From the NCBI GenBank assembly GCA_001179505.1, contig CDMY01000218.1, positions 1 through 64,000 on the forward strand: a stretch of DNA of 64,000 bases. The letters run 5' to 3'. Each line of letters opens with the position of its first letter. The stretch's first letter is position 1. Under the pieces are notes generated by a model. It saw only the letters and a list, made by a program, of their open reading frames with translations. It made no database searches and was not told the DNA's origin. This DNA is from Vitrella brassicaformis CCMP3155. Its lineage: Eukaryota; Protista; Chromerida. The position numbers and the translations under genes are program-made. Positions 1 through 11,163 of this stretch are shown here, piece by piece.

Positions 1-313
1 GCCTGCGATGGGGAAGATCCATCATTGTCGAATGCATCGAATTTGGCTTCCTGGTGGTCTTACCTCTCCCTCGTTGGTTGGCCGCCGTCCCGACCGATAG
101 ATCAAACGAAAAGACGTGCCTGGCGTGCCTATCGGCGTGCCCGCCATCCTGCACACACCACATCCGCAGAGCATGAGAATGACTGGAGGGGCTCAACTTA
201 GGAGTGAGTGCTCGGCTCACCTGCATACTAGGTATTAGTTTAAGAGGCGAGATGCTAAGATCTACCACGACGTCTTGACGGGTCAAGGATAATGGATCAC
301 ACCCGTAGCGTCA

Positions 314-409
314 GGGAGGTGTAGCTCAACTGACAGGGGGAGCCCGAAAGGCTCTGGGTTAAACCCGCCGCCCTCGTACAATGTGGGTTCGACCCCGCCG
401 CCTTCCACC
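314..409 (+). ncRNA. tRNA-like / Pol III-promoter-like element (possible tRNA pseudogene or SINE head)
   Basis: A-box-like TAGCTCAACTG (322-332) and B-box GGTTCGACCCC (386-396). The 5' GGGAGGTG can pair with 3' CGCCTTCC, followed by ACC. T-stem GTGGG/CCCGC; D-stem GCTC/GAGC. The D-loop is oversized, the T-loop is 6 nt, and there is no clean anticodon arm. Confidence 0.3.
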
Positions 410-2141
410 TATGAGGCGTTCAGTGGAAATTCGCCACAGCAAGTTCTTGCCTTCTTGGCTCATCTGCAGCGCCCGTGGTTTGCCTGTTTCCGTTTGCAAG
501 CAACTTGCAGCTTGCACGATCGCAAGCTCGCTGGGAAGAGTGTCGATTCCAAAGTTCTGATGCTCTGCCGGTGCTGGACTGAAGCCCCGAGTGGTCGTCC
601 GGCGAGATCTTTCTCCGGCACGCCGTGGTAATGAGATTTTCTTCATCATTGTGCTTGGTTGGCGTGTTGGTGGCTGCTCCGGCCTACAGGCGGTGCTGCC
701 GTCACAGAGATGAGGGCAACACCACACAGACACGCACACACACATGTGGGATGAATCAGACCAGCGCAGAACTGACACGGCCGTCCGGTTTGGTTGCCTT
801 TGTGTGTGTGTCTGCAGGTGTATTTGGCCACTGCAGAGGGCGTGGGCTCTGGCGAAACACGCACCTGCCAGGTGGACTAGTGAAATGCACGACAGAAGCG
901 CACACACACAGACACACATGGGGTGCGCCTGTGTGTGTGGTGTCAGTTGGCTGTGGGTGGGGGCGGTCAGCTGCCCTTTGGTGAGGGTAATCTCGATTTG
1001 CGTGTGGAGATCGCCGTCACAAAGTCGAGAGACTGCGAAAGGGTACGCACACACACGAGAGGCATGTCGATTTGTGTGTGTGTTAATTGGCTGGGGCGTG
1101 TGTGTGTGTCTGGGCACTGTGTTATGTTCCAGAAGATGGCACCGTCGTACGACGAGCAACTCCCAATCTGCCTGATGTGTGGCGTGTTACCTTGTTGTGT
1201 GCGCGGTCGGACTTCGGTGTGTGGCACCGCAACGAGATGAGTGGAGCCCTCCGCGGCCTCACGCGCGTCCGCCGCTTGAAAACAGCAGGACGACGCCACC
1301 CGGCCAAATCGTCGCACGCACAACAAGAAACACACAAACAAGACAGAGAGAGAAGCGTTCAGAAACAATCATGTGTGTGTGTGGCTGAGTTGGACTTTTT
1401 GTCCTCTTCGTCTACAAGCGCTTTGGCTTCGACTTCTTGTAGAAAGAGAGGCGATCAATGGCTGCACTGTCTTCTGTTCCCTGTTGATCCACAGGGGATA
1501 CTGAGCTGTGGGATAAGGCTGAGAGCGCGCTGGAACAGGCTCTCAACGCCGGTAGGGGATCTGCTCACAGCAACGTCGCCCCCGCCGTCCTACGCCCTGC
1601 CGCTGCACGTGACCATCCGGCCGCGGACATCCTGCTCGGTGGTGCTCTCTGTGACGAAATAAATGAGTCACAGACAGGCAGACACAGTGGGTGGGATGGC
1701 GGGATTCGGGGGTGCGGCGCGCGGGTTTGTTTGTATACATGTGATTGGTTGGTTGCCAGTGGGTGGACAGCGGGATGAGAGAACCACAAGACTTTGTGTG
1801 ACTGCGTGATCGTGGCCAAGGGTGTGTAAGGGTCAAGCGAGAATTGAAAAACAGCACACACGCGTCAGCTATCAATCCATCCATCAAAGTCAGCACTGAT
1901 CCATCTGTCAACCCATCGCCAACTCAGCTCGCCACCCCCACTACCCTCCCAGTCGGTCAACAGACAGCTACCGTCCCCCCCGTCGGACAGCCGGCTCGCG
2001 ACGCCTCTCAGCACAGACAGACAGACAGACAGACGGTGTGGTGCCTGACGCACAGCAAACAAGGAGAGGGAGGGGAGAGCAGACATACACCAAGGTTGCA
2101 CTGATACCTCCTCCCCCATATGTCGTGTCATCCGACCTCCG

Positions 2142-4263
2142 TCAGATGGCTGACGGCAGCGCCAGGGCGGGGCCGTCCATCTTGTTGCGGGCCTTGGCCA
2201 CTGTCCGCGAGAAGGCAGCAGGACCACTGCCGCCCGGCTGGGGCGCCTCGGTGGTGCGGAGGTCGATGTATGTCAGCCCATCAGGCCACTTGATCATCCT
2301 GATGGATGCCGCGAAGTCGTCGCCCTCCTCCTCGCCACACAGTATGACGAGTCGGTATGAGGGGCCGATAGTGTTGTAGTGGTAGTCGATGGTGCGGCAG
2401 CCGTCCCACAGGGGCGGCTCCTGGTCCACCAGGGCACAGATGCGACGATACTCGGCAGAGGACGGACTGTAGGACCGATCCGACACCAAACGCGACGACA
2501 GCAATGCCAACCTGAAAGAGCAGGGAGCGAAAAGGCAGACAACTCGACGCATTGCTGTGGTGTGTTCTCTCATTTGAGTCGCTGCATACCTGTTGATGAC
2601 CAACCCACGGAAGCTGCCACACTCGAGAGCATCGTCTGCAGACACACAGACACACAGCGGCAGACACCATCCAGGTCAAGTTGCCTCTCCTGTGGCTTTG
2701 CCCTCCCATCTTACAATGGCACGGGGGATCGGCGGCATCGAAGCGATCTCGATACCTCACCGGAACCGTCTGCTTTGTGTGCACCGTCACCACATACCGG
2801 TCCAGCCTGTCCCGCCCGTTGGCCGTACGCCTCAGCTGCATCCAATTGCCCAGTCGGTGGCTGAAGAGGGCGTATTGCCTCATGCTGGGCGGCCGGCTGT
2901 CGATGACGGCCTTGCTGCCCGCACGCCGCAGGTCGTTTTTCCTCAGCTGGATGGGCAGCTGCTGCACTCGTCCACAGCTCTCGGCGATCCGCAGCAGCGG
3001 CACGTTGCCCGTCCAGTCGCCCCCCGTCACCATCAGGTAGTGGAGGCGGATCAGCCGGAATGGCCGACGGACGCCGGTCGACCGGCGCAGTGGGGCGTAG
3101 CCGATGACGCCTGTGAGGCCGTCGCGGCGAATGATGCTGTCGATGTCGGCGACCAGGGCGGCCGCGACTGTGCTGCTGACCGCCTCGGATGTGCGGCAGA
3201 GGGCGATTGTGTTGTGTGGGGTGAGGGTGGCGGGATCGTCACGGTGGCCGCTGATGAAGGGCAGCAGGGTGCCGCCCATGACATCGGTGGGAATGTCGGG
3301 CAGCCCGGGTAGGAAGGGCGGGTCGGCAGCACCAGACGGCTCTACGGGCGGCGCGTCAATACGGCGGCGCTTCGCATCGACCTCAACCTGCACACACATC
3401 ACACCACACACACATTGGCCGGCATGGTGATGGCGACTTGGTGCAGCAGCCGTACCTTCTTCTTTGTTTGAGTGGTCTCTGTGGTTTTCTCAGCGACGGC
3501 ATTGGCCTCCTCATCGTCTGGCGTGACCAGGGCGAAGGTCTTGGAATGGCCTTCCAGCTAAACCACACACATACACACGCACGCACACCAACACAGTCAG
3601 GAGACGACACACACACTTATCCATTAGTCGAAGTGTACCAGTGCCACGCCATTGAGTCCTCTGAGTCCGTCCTTCAGGGGGCCGAGTGCGTCGGAGATGT
3701 CTGCAGTGGCCCTCTCGAGCATCGCCAGACGCCTCCCACAAACAGAGCCCTGCACACACAGACCACACACATAGGAACGGAAGACACATTGTGAGTGTTC
3801 AGACGCAGTCGTCGACTCACTGACCTTCGCAGCTAAATGTCTGATCGTATCGCCCATCTGCACACACCGCACACACGACACACATGTCACGTCACCCACC
3901 ACCACCTGGGTGCATGGCTTCTCACCTGCGTCTGCAGCGCAATGAAGTGCTCATGCAGGGTAAGCAGCCGCCCAAACGAAGCACAGAACCTCTGCAAGGG
4001 CACACGACACCACGAGATGATCATGAGAAGCAGACAGAAACATGACGGTCTTTGCATGTCTGTGTGTCTGCACATCATGGCTCACCGACTGCTCATCTCC
4101 TTGGGTGCCGCTATGATTGATGAACCCAAAGATATTGCTATATCCACCACCGCCTGGCCAACACCCAAACCACGCCACACATGAGAATTCCTCCCCGCCC
4201 TCGCTCAGTCAGTTCTGTCAGCCCACCTGCGGCAGCTGATGCCGATGCTGATGGGCCGCTCAT
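2142..4263 (-). CDS. Multicopy lineage-specific hypothetical protein, copy A (multi-exon; NLS-like KRRR and F-box-like LPDIPTDV..LLPFI motif)
   Basis: Exons MSGPSASASAAAG / GGGYSNIFGFINHS / MGDTIRHLAAK / GSVCGRRLAMLERAT / VEVDAKRRRIDAPP...FDAADPP / ...DQEPPLWDGCRTIDY...TTEAPQPGGSGPA. Each is homologous to copies at 34.8-37.0, 38.2-39.6 and 42.0-44.3 kb. Confidence 0.75.
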
Positions 4264-4801
4264 GCCGCCCGCTGCGGCTATGCTAACGGGAACCTCAAGC
4301 AATGTCTGAAGACCATCGCACCACGACGCAATGAGTGTGTGCTTTGTACGTCTGTGATCTCTCGTGCATTTGCTTACCGCTGAGAGGGCAGCGAATGTCC
4401 GACGAGCAAATCACTCAATCGATGAGTCAATGAGCCTATTGACATGGGTGAACAGCGGTGTTTGTGTGGCGAGGCGCCGCTCTCCTCTCATGTGCGGCTT
4501 ACATGCACTGGCTGAGGTCATACACCCGCAACTGGACGCTGCTTTTCGCCATCTTGAACACACAAGCGAAAACGCCCCAGGCTGCCGGAGCCATGAAGCT
4601 CGCAAAAGAAGTCGAGATTTTCCGTCGAGAATTCTCGCGAGACGCCCTTCGCGCGTCCCGCTCCTGCAAAGACGCTTTTCGCCTCGCCATGCCCCTGTTT
4701 GTTCCGTTTTCTTGCCTGCCAGGCGCCCTCCTCCCTCTCTCGGCCTTCTTCCTCCACACGCCTTTCATGGCGGTGCCATTCATTAACCGGCCACGTGTGG
4801 T

Positions 4802-5150
4802 CATGATGCAGCAACAAGAGATCAACGCCGTCCGCCAGAAGATCGACTCTCTGACCATTTTGACCGACGAAAACAAAGGAATTGTGACGCCCAAGAAGCT
4901 GGTCAGATGGCCGTGCAGACGTGCTGAAGGAGCTCTACGACGCAGGGAAGCTCAAACTAGTGTGTGTCGACGAGGTACGCCTTTCCGCCTTGCCTCTGTC
5001 TGTGTGTGCGTGGGGTGCATTGTCTTGCGTGTGTGTTGTTGCTGTATATGTGTGCAGGCCCATTGTGTATGTCAGTGGGGGAGGGAGTTCAGGGACGACT
5101 ATCGCAAGTTGGGTCTATCAAGAAGATGGCCCCCAAGACGCCGATGCTCG
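4802..5150 (+). pseudogene. RecQ-family DEAH helicase fragment (frameshifted, truncated)
   Basis: Translated pieces are MMQQQEINAVRQKI...IVTPKKL, VLKELYDAGKLKLVCVDE | intron 4975-5057 | AHCVCQWGREFRDDYRKL, then a frame change to SIKKMAPKTPMLA. These match the RecQ motif II and aromatic-rich loop (DEAHCVSQWGHDFRxDY). Walker A and motifs III-VI are absent. Confidence 0.8.
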
Positions 5151-5259
5151 CCCGTCTGCTGTGCTGCTTCGATCGATTTTATGAGGGTGAGCAGGTCAAG
5201 TCCCATTTCATGGTAGCGCCGCTACTAGCGCGTGTGTTTGATTTCGTCTGTCCTGCTGC
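5151..5259 (+). repeat. Imperfect ~100-bp direct repeat, copy 1
   Basis: cccgtctgctgtg...gcttcga...aggtcaagtcccatttcat...tagcgcg...atttcgtctgtcctgctgc; recurs at 6026-6123. Confidence 0.75.
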
Positions 5260-5387
5260 GACCAGCACCCCGGTGGTCATCCCTGGCACCCCGCTGTCGC
5301 GCCTGAGCCCGCCCACCAGCCGTACGACCCACACACACCGATACACACACCGATACACACGATTGGGCAACGACTGACTTTGTCACT

Positions 5388-5928
5388 GTGTCTGCTCCAA
5401 TGATATCAGCGAACCGATGGCCGGGGGAGTTCGCCATGGACGACGCGCTGGAGGCCGCCAACGCCCGCATGCTGCCGCTGCCGCCCGGCTGGCAGCCGCC
5501 CCCCACCCCTCCCGGACTCGCCGCACTGTGCGACCGGGAGCGGCAGCGGCACTACGAGCAGTTCGAGGAGGGAGCCGGCCCCGCCCCCATATACCGTCCA
5601 GCCACCACCGCACCTCGATGCCGTCCAAGGCAAGCCCATGCCGCCGTCGCCCACGGCCACATACCCTCCTCCCGCCCAGCCGGTGGGGGTGGAGTGGGAG
5701 CGGGTGGCGTGGGAGGCGGTGGAGTTCACCTTTACCGCCCCCCACGGCGAGGTCGCAGTGCAGGGGGGCTGGGTGGTGCGGGAGGGCAGCGGCTGGGGCA
5801 GCTGGAGGGAGCTCCTCTTCCTGCCGGCGGCGGTGGCGCAGCGGCACAGAGTGTCGCAGTGGGTGCGGTTGGCGGAGGTGTCGGGGTGGCGGCGATACTT
5901 TGCCTGCTGCTCACAGCCCCGGCTGTGA
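5388..5928 (+). pseudogene. Hypothetical coding-like segment between the direct repeats (two GC3-rich frames)
   Basis: EFAMDDALEAANARMLPLPPGWQ... and, in another frame, VEWERVAWEAVEFTFTAPHGEVAVQGGWVVREGSGWGSWRELLFLP show strong third-position GC bias. No family recognised, and the two frames do not join cleanly. Confidence 0.3.
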
Positions 5929-6025
5929 GCAGCACCCACCTCACCCTCACTCACAGATGCCTAAGGAGGGGCGGGGGGGCAGTCACCGATTTTTTTTTTT
6001 CCGAGTCACCACCACCGTCTGTCCG

Positions 6026-6123
6026 CCCGTCTGCTGTGTCTGCTGCGTCTGCTTCGACGATTACACATAGGTCAAGTCCCATTTCATTTTAGCGCGAGTG
6101 TTGTATTTCGTCTGTCCTGCTGC
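6026..6123 (+). repeat. Imperfect ~100-bp direct repeat, copy 2
   Basis: Matches 5151-5259 (cccgtctgctgtg...gcttcga...aggtcaagtcccatttcat...tagcgcg...atttcgtctgtcctgctgc). Confidence 0.75.
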
Positions 6124-7051
6124 TAATATGTGTAACTGTGGTGTGTTTTTGGGTTCATGATGGCCTGGCTGGTCTTATGTGTATTATGGCTTTTTTCTTG
6201 GGTGGGCGTCCGTATCTTTTTTGCACCCACAGAGCAGTCTCTCACACACCCACACACGCACAGCCCCTCCCATCGCACACATCTATCTCACTTACATACA
6301 ATGGCAGCGGGTTTTTTTCAAAGTAGAGATATGGATGGATGGCCTGGGTGTGTTTTCACAATCTGGGGAGAGAGGGATGAGGGAGAGAGGGAGAGAGTAC
6401 CGGCATCTCGACAACATCCTCCTCGACGTGAGAACAGCTGCAGGGTTCACGCGCGTCAAGGGCCGGCAGGCAGGCGTCTCCGCTGTCTGGTCCGTTGAGG
6501 CCGCGAACTGGTGTCCCGCTGAGCTTCTCATCCACCCACACCACAGGACAGCCAAATCCACCCACAACCACAACCACAACCGGGGTCAGAAGCGTGGTAG
6601 GTCCGAAGCGTCCCGGACGGCTGCTGCGGAGTGGTGAGTACGGGTCGCAAGAGACAGAGAGAGGGAGACATCGCTGACTACATTTTATATCTGTGGGGTG
6701 TTTCTCTGCTGACCATGCATGGGTGCAGTAGAGACGCAGGGTCAGAGCAACGCACACACGATAACCAACCAGCCGACCACCACACGCACACACGGATGGG
6801 GACGGGTCGATGGATGGATGGATGTGACGATCGCTGTCTGCATTTTATATTCCGCATGCCTTGTCTCTCTCCTTGACGTTATGTCTCACTCACTCTTCAG
6901 TGACGTGTGTGATCTGTTCAACGCTCTCTTATGGACACTATGGACACCAACTTCAGCAGTTCTACAGACACTACACACAGCTAAGCAGACTAAGCAGACT
7001 GCAAAGCTCTCTCTTCTCTCTCCTCTACTGGTGGGTGCATCGCGTCACGCG

Positions 7052-8632
7052 TCATGCGCTCCAGTCAGAGTCGCCACCTTCGGAGCCCCATCCATAGCCA
7101 TCCGAATATCCTCCATCCTGCGACACACCACACCACACATCAACCAGCCCACGCAATCCACAATCTTCGTGTCATTCAAGCGTACGTCAGCCGCCCCATA
7201 GGCATCGCCATCGTTGCCCCCGTAGTCGTATTCTGGGTCGCCACCGCCCTCCTCCGCACCATCGGCTGCAGCCGCTGCGGCATCTGACTGATCGACGTGC
7301 TCCTCAACTACTGCAGGCACCAGGCGAGAGACGGGAGCAAAAGAGAGACAGTGAGGGTGATGTCGGTGGTGAGGGGACTCGCTTCCCCTTTACCTTCGTA
7401 CGAGCCATATCCATCGTCATGCGAGCCGCTATTGACTTCGCTCTCCTCCCCCTCGTCATCCTCGCTATCTTGGTCTCCATACGATCGGCCAGCCGAGAGA
7501 GCCTCAGCGGGCTGCTCGTCGACGATGTAGAACCCGCCAATGTGCCCCACATAAGACGGCTCGTCATCTGCTGGTACGCCACAGAAAGCGAAAGCAGGAA
7601 AGCAGTTGTGGTGTATATATCCGTGTGTTGATGAGTGCATCAGTCTTCTCTCGTCTGTCTCACCGTACGGGCCGTTCGCCGCTGGGTCCTGGTCGTCATC
7701 CACCATCCACAGCCCGCCAGTATGAGCAACCTCGTTCTCGTAATCATTCTCTGCATACATACACGCACAGATGGATGGACGGATGGATGGATGGATGCAT
7801 GGATGGCCCGTCCTGTGTTTGTTCGCCCACCATATGTGTCATCTGGCTCGTCATCTAAGACGGTAAACCCGCCAACACGGTACACAGGAGACTCTGCGCC
7901 ATCCGGCGGATCCGCCCAATCGTAGCTGGGCTCGTCGTACCCACCATCCCCTATCACACACACACACACACACAGAGACACACACAGAGAGAGAGAGAGA
8001 GAGAAAATGGAAATGTGCGCACCAGTGAATGGAAATGGGCGCACCAGTTCATCCGCGCCACATGATCCCTCTCTCTATGTGATTCTCTGCTTACCGGCCG
8101 TCGATGAGTGCACCGGCCTCCCGGTCGCGTACAGCTCGTCCATGCGCCCCTCGACCTGGTAATACCCCTCCATGGCCTCACGAAAGTCCCTGACGCCCAA
8201 TGACTGCGCCATATCCCGCGCGTCGCCCTCGTCAATGTCCAACTCGTCCAGCAGCTCGCTCAGCGGCACCCTGTCCACGATGCACTGGGCGGGGATGCAC
8301 GAGTCGAACACCACCTCCTCGCTCGCATCTGCAAAGTTGTGGGCCCTCTGGTCAGGGAGGCGGCCGCTCACGTCGTGGCCTCGATTGCCATCGTCCGGGC
8401 GGATGACGAGCAGCGTTTTGTCGCGGATGTTCTCGTCGCGCAGGCCGTAGTAGAGTGCGGCAGAGGGGGACTTGCTGGTGGAGATCCATGTGCTGCGCTG
8501 CTGGGAGCCGAACCGGACGTGGTCTTCCAGGGCTGTCCGCTGATAGCCGTATCTCTCCAGATCACCGCCTCGCCGCACACCAGGGTCATCGTCTACACGG
8601 TAAAGGACACCTGGCTGAGGCCGCGCAGCCAT
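7052..8632 (-). CDS. Toxin-like mono-ADP-ribosyltransferase (R-S-E clade) with acidic repeat tail, 6 exons, ~370 aa
   Basis: Exons 8632-8095, 7950-7831, 7750-7664, 7570-7394, 7310-7186 and 7117-7052 all have GT-AG ends and close in frame. Exon 1 carries LYRVD (R), WISTSKS (STS) and NFADASEEVVFDSCIP (catalytic E). Confidence 0.7.
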
Positions 8633-9001
8633 TTCAGGAAGGGAAGAGAATCCTCCTCTGCGAGCTCAGAAATGGCGAGATCACCCGTGGTTCTGAGTTC
8701 TGTATCCGGGCATCCACGTTTCGAAGCATCTGGGTGCGCGAGGGAGGTGTGCTCTTTGAAAACGAGAATCTGTCGAGTGTGCGTGAAGATCACTCATCGG
8801 CAGGTGTCCGGGTGTTCCGCCGTGATGGCTGCATGACAGATCAGGTACGCTGCATGATCTGCACGCTCTTTGATGGGTTTCATGCTGTCATCGAGAGGAC
8901 AGGCAGAATGAAGCACTCGCCGATGTGATGTGTGCGCGTATGTGTGGTGTGTGTATGTGTGTTTCTCAGGTATCGGCACAGTCACAAGCACATTGTCACT
9001 C

Positions 9002-11128
9002 ATGAGGATGCTGACAACGGCCAGCCGGTTTCTCGGCGCGCTGTTCCCTGTGCTGATCCTGACATGCTCGCTGCTGGCCACCCTCCCCTCCCTCCCCTCC
9101 CTGCTGACCTTCCTCACGGCCCTCCTCACCATCAACCTCTCCCTCCTCCTCCCGCCGTCGCGCCACTGGACCGCATCAGTGGCCGCCCTGGCCGTCAGCT
9201 CGTGCATCGTCCTTGCTAAGGTGATTGCTTGTGGGGCGATTGGCGCCACTGGCGAAGGGGCAGGGCCTGAGTGGGTCAAGACCATTGGGATCGGCCCCTT
9301 TCCAAGTACGAGCGAGGTGCTGGCCGTGGTGCGGTTTGTGGTGCCTGACGCGATTTTCCTGATACTGTCGGTGTGCTGGGTGTGTGTGGTGGTGGTACGG
9401 AGGAGGCGGGCTGCGAGGAGCATGACCATGCGCAGCGAGGGGGACTCCAGCTACACCAGCTTCACGGCCCTCCAGCCACAGGCGGCATCGCAGCTCAGCG
9501 TGACGAAACGGTTTGTGGTGATGGTTATCCTTTACGTCTACATCGTGCTCTCGCCCAATGTGCTGGCGCTGCCCTACGCCCTCACGGTGCTGATCGTCCT
9601 GGTGCGGACTGCCTTCGCCTATAAGGACCCTTTCCCGCTGACCCCGATGGCCTACGCCCTGCACGGCTGCTCGAACGCCGTGATCGTCCTGCACTTCCTG
9701 TGCACCTTCTCGTTCGTCTCGCCGAGCCTGACGCCGTCAGTCGCCAGCTTTATCGGCGTGTTTCCCTCTGCAGAGGCCATGGTCCTCTCGTCAACACCGG
9801 CAGCATCTGGTGAGGCGCTGACAGAGCAGCGCGACGCGGGTCTGTTCGTCTTCGGCCAGTACTGCGTCAACCTGCTGCTGGTGGTGCTGCTGTCCCACTG
9901 GCTGCCGGCCATGAAGGAGCGGACGAGCGAACGACAAGAAGACGAAGACGAAGACGAAGAGGAAGAAGAGAGCAATGACGATGCCAACGGCGGCGACGAG
10001 GCCACGGAAAATGGCAACGAGCCCCCTGCTGCTGCTGCTGCGGCAGCAGCCAGTGGTGGTGGTGGGTATCAGTGGGCCACCAGTGCTGGGTCGGGGATGA
10101 TGACGTTCAGCGACCGGACGGTGACGGCTGGTGATCTGGCGAGTGTGGTGCTGGGGCACCACGAGGCAAGGAGCGTGTTTGGGCGGCTGCTGCACTGGGT
10201 GTTCTTCGCAGTACTCACCAACTACACCGGTCTGTAGGCACCGCACCTGTGTGTCGTGTCCTGTTGTGTTGTGTGTGGGTGTGGCTGTGGCTGTGCACAC
10301 ACACACACACTCTCTCTCTCCCTCTGTGTGTGTGTGTTGGTGCAGGTCTGTTGTTTGTTGCCTCTCTGCTGGTGTGGTCTTTGCTATACCCATCGCTGAT
10401 GTCGTTTGTGCTGCTGGCGACGGCCTTCGCCGCGCTGCTGATGATCGAGGCCTTCGGCATCACCAGCAACAAGTACACTGTCAAGCCGGTGTTTATCTAC
10501 GCCACCCTCTTCTACATGACGCAATACCGTAGGCCAAACACACACAGACACACGCACACACACAGAGAGAGAGAGAGAGAGTGACCCCCTGTGTGTGTGT
10601 GTGTGTGTGTGTGTCAGTGTTCAATGTCCGCGGCCCGTGGCTGGACGCCTCCTCGTCCAAGCCGTCCAACATCCCCCTCACCTACACGGCCATCGAGAAG
10701 GTCGGCCTCTGGGACCTGCTCAACCTGCCCTCCTCGCCGGCAGCCAGTGCCGGCAACTCTGCCGACGTACGCAGCCCCTCACCCACACCCACACCCCCTT
10801 CTGGGCTCCATCGCGCTCTCTCTGTGCGTGCGTGTTCGGTTCTGTCCTTCAGAGTGGCCTTCCTCCGTTGGCGAGTGCGTCGGACAGTGCGTGGGGCCGG
10901 TTGTGGATCTTGGCCATCACTTTGGTGCTGCTATCCTGCCTGGCCGTTGTGGGATGGGTTCAGTCGGTTCGCAAAGAGGGTGAAGAACAGCAGCAGCAGC
11001 AGCAGGGGCAACAGCAGCAGCAGAGAGAGGGGGGCGAGGAGGGGTCACGGCACGAGACAGAGAGGGATCTGGAACAGGTGCGTGTCTTGTGTGTATGTGT
11101 GTGTATGTGTGTGTATCAAACAGAATGC

Positions 11129-11163
<35 letters not shown>

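Noticed and set aside
1-33. CCTGCG...GGAAG...ATCATTGTCGAA resembles the 18S rRNA 3' end / ITS1 start
   Set aside because: The match needs two insertions, and no 5.8S or other rDNA sequence follows; most likely chance.
65-148. Possible first exon of a minus-strand gene (MAGTPIGTPG...NEGE|gtaag)
   Set aside because: Only one short exon is visible at the window edge and there is no recognisable domain.
359-2104. Several ORFs of 60-270 aa
   Set aside because: They are dominated by microsatellite translation, with no consistent exon chain or motif.
6330-6640. Exon-like segment YRHLDNILLDVRTAAGFTRVKG
   Set aside because: It could not be linked into a gene model and shows no family signal.
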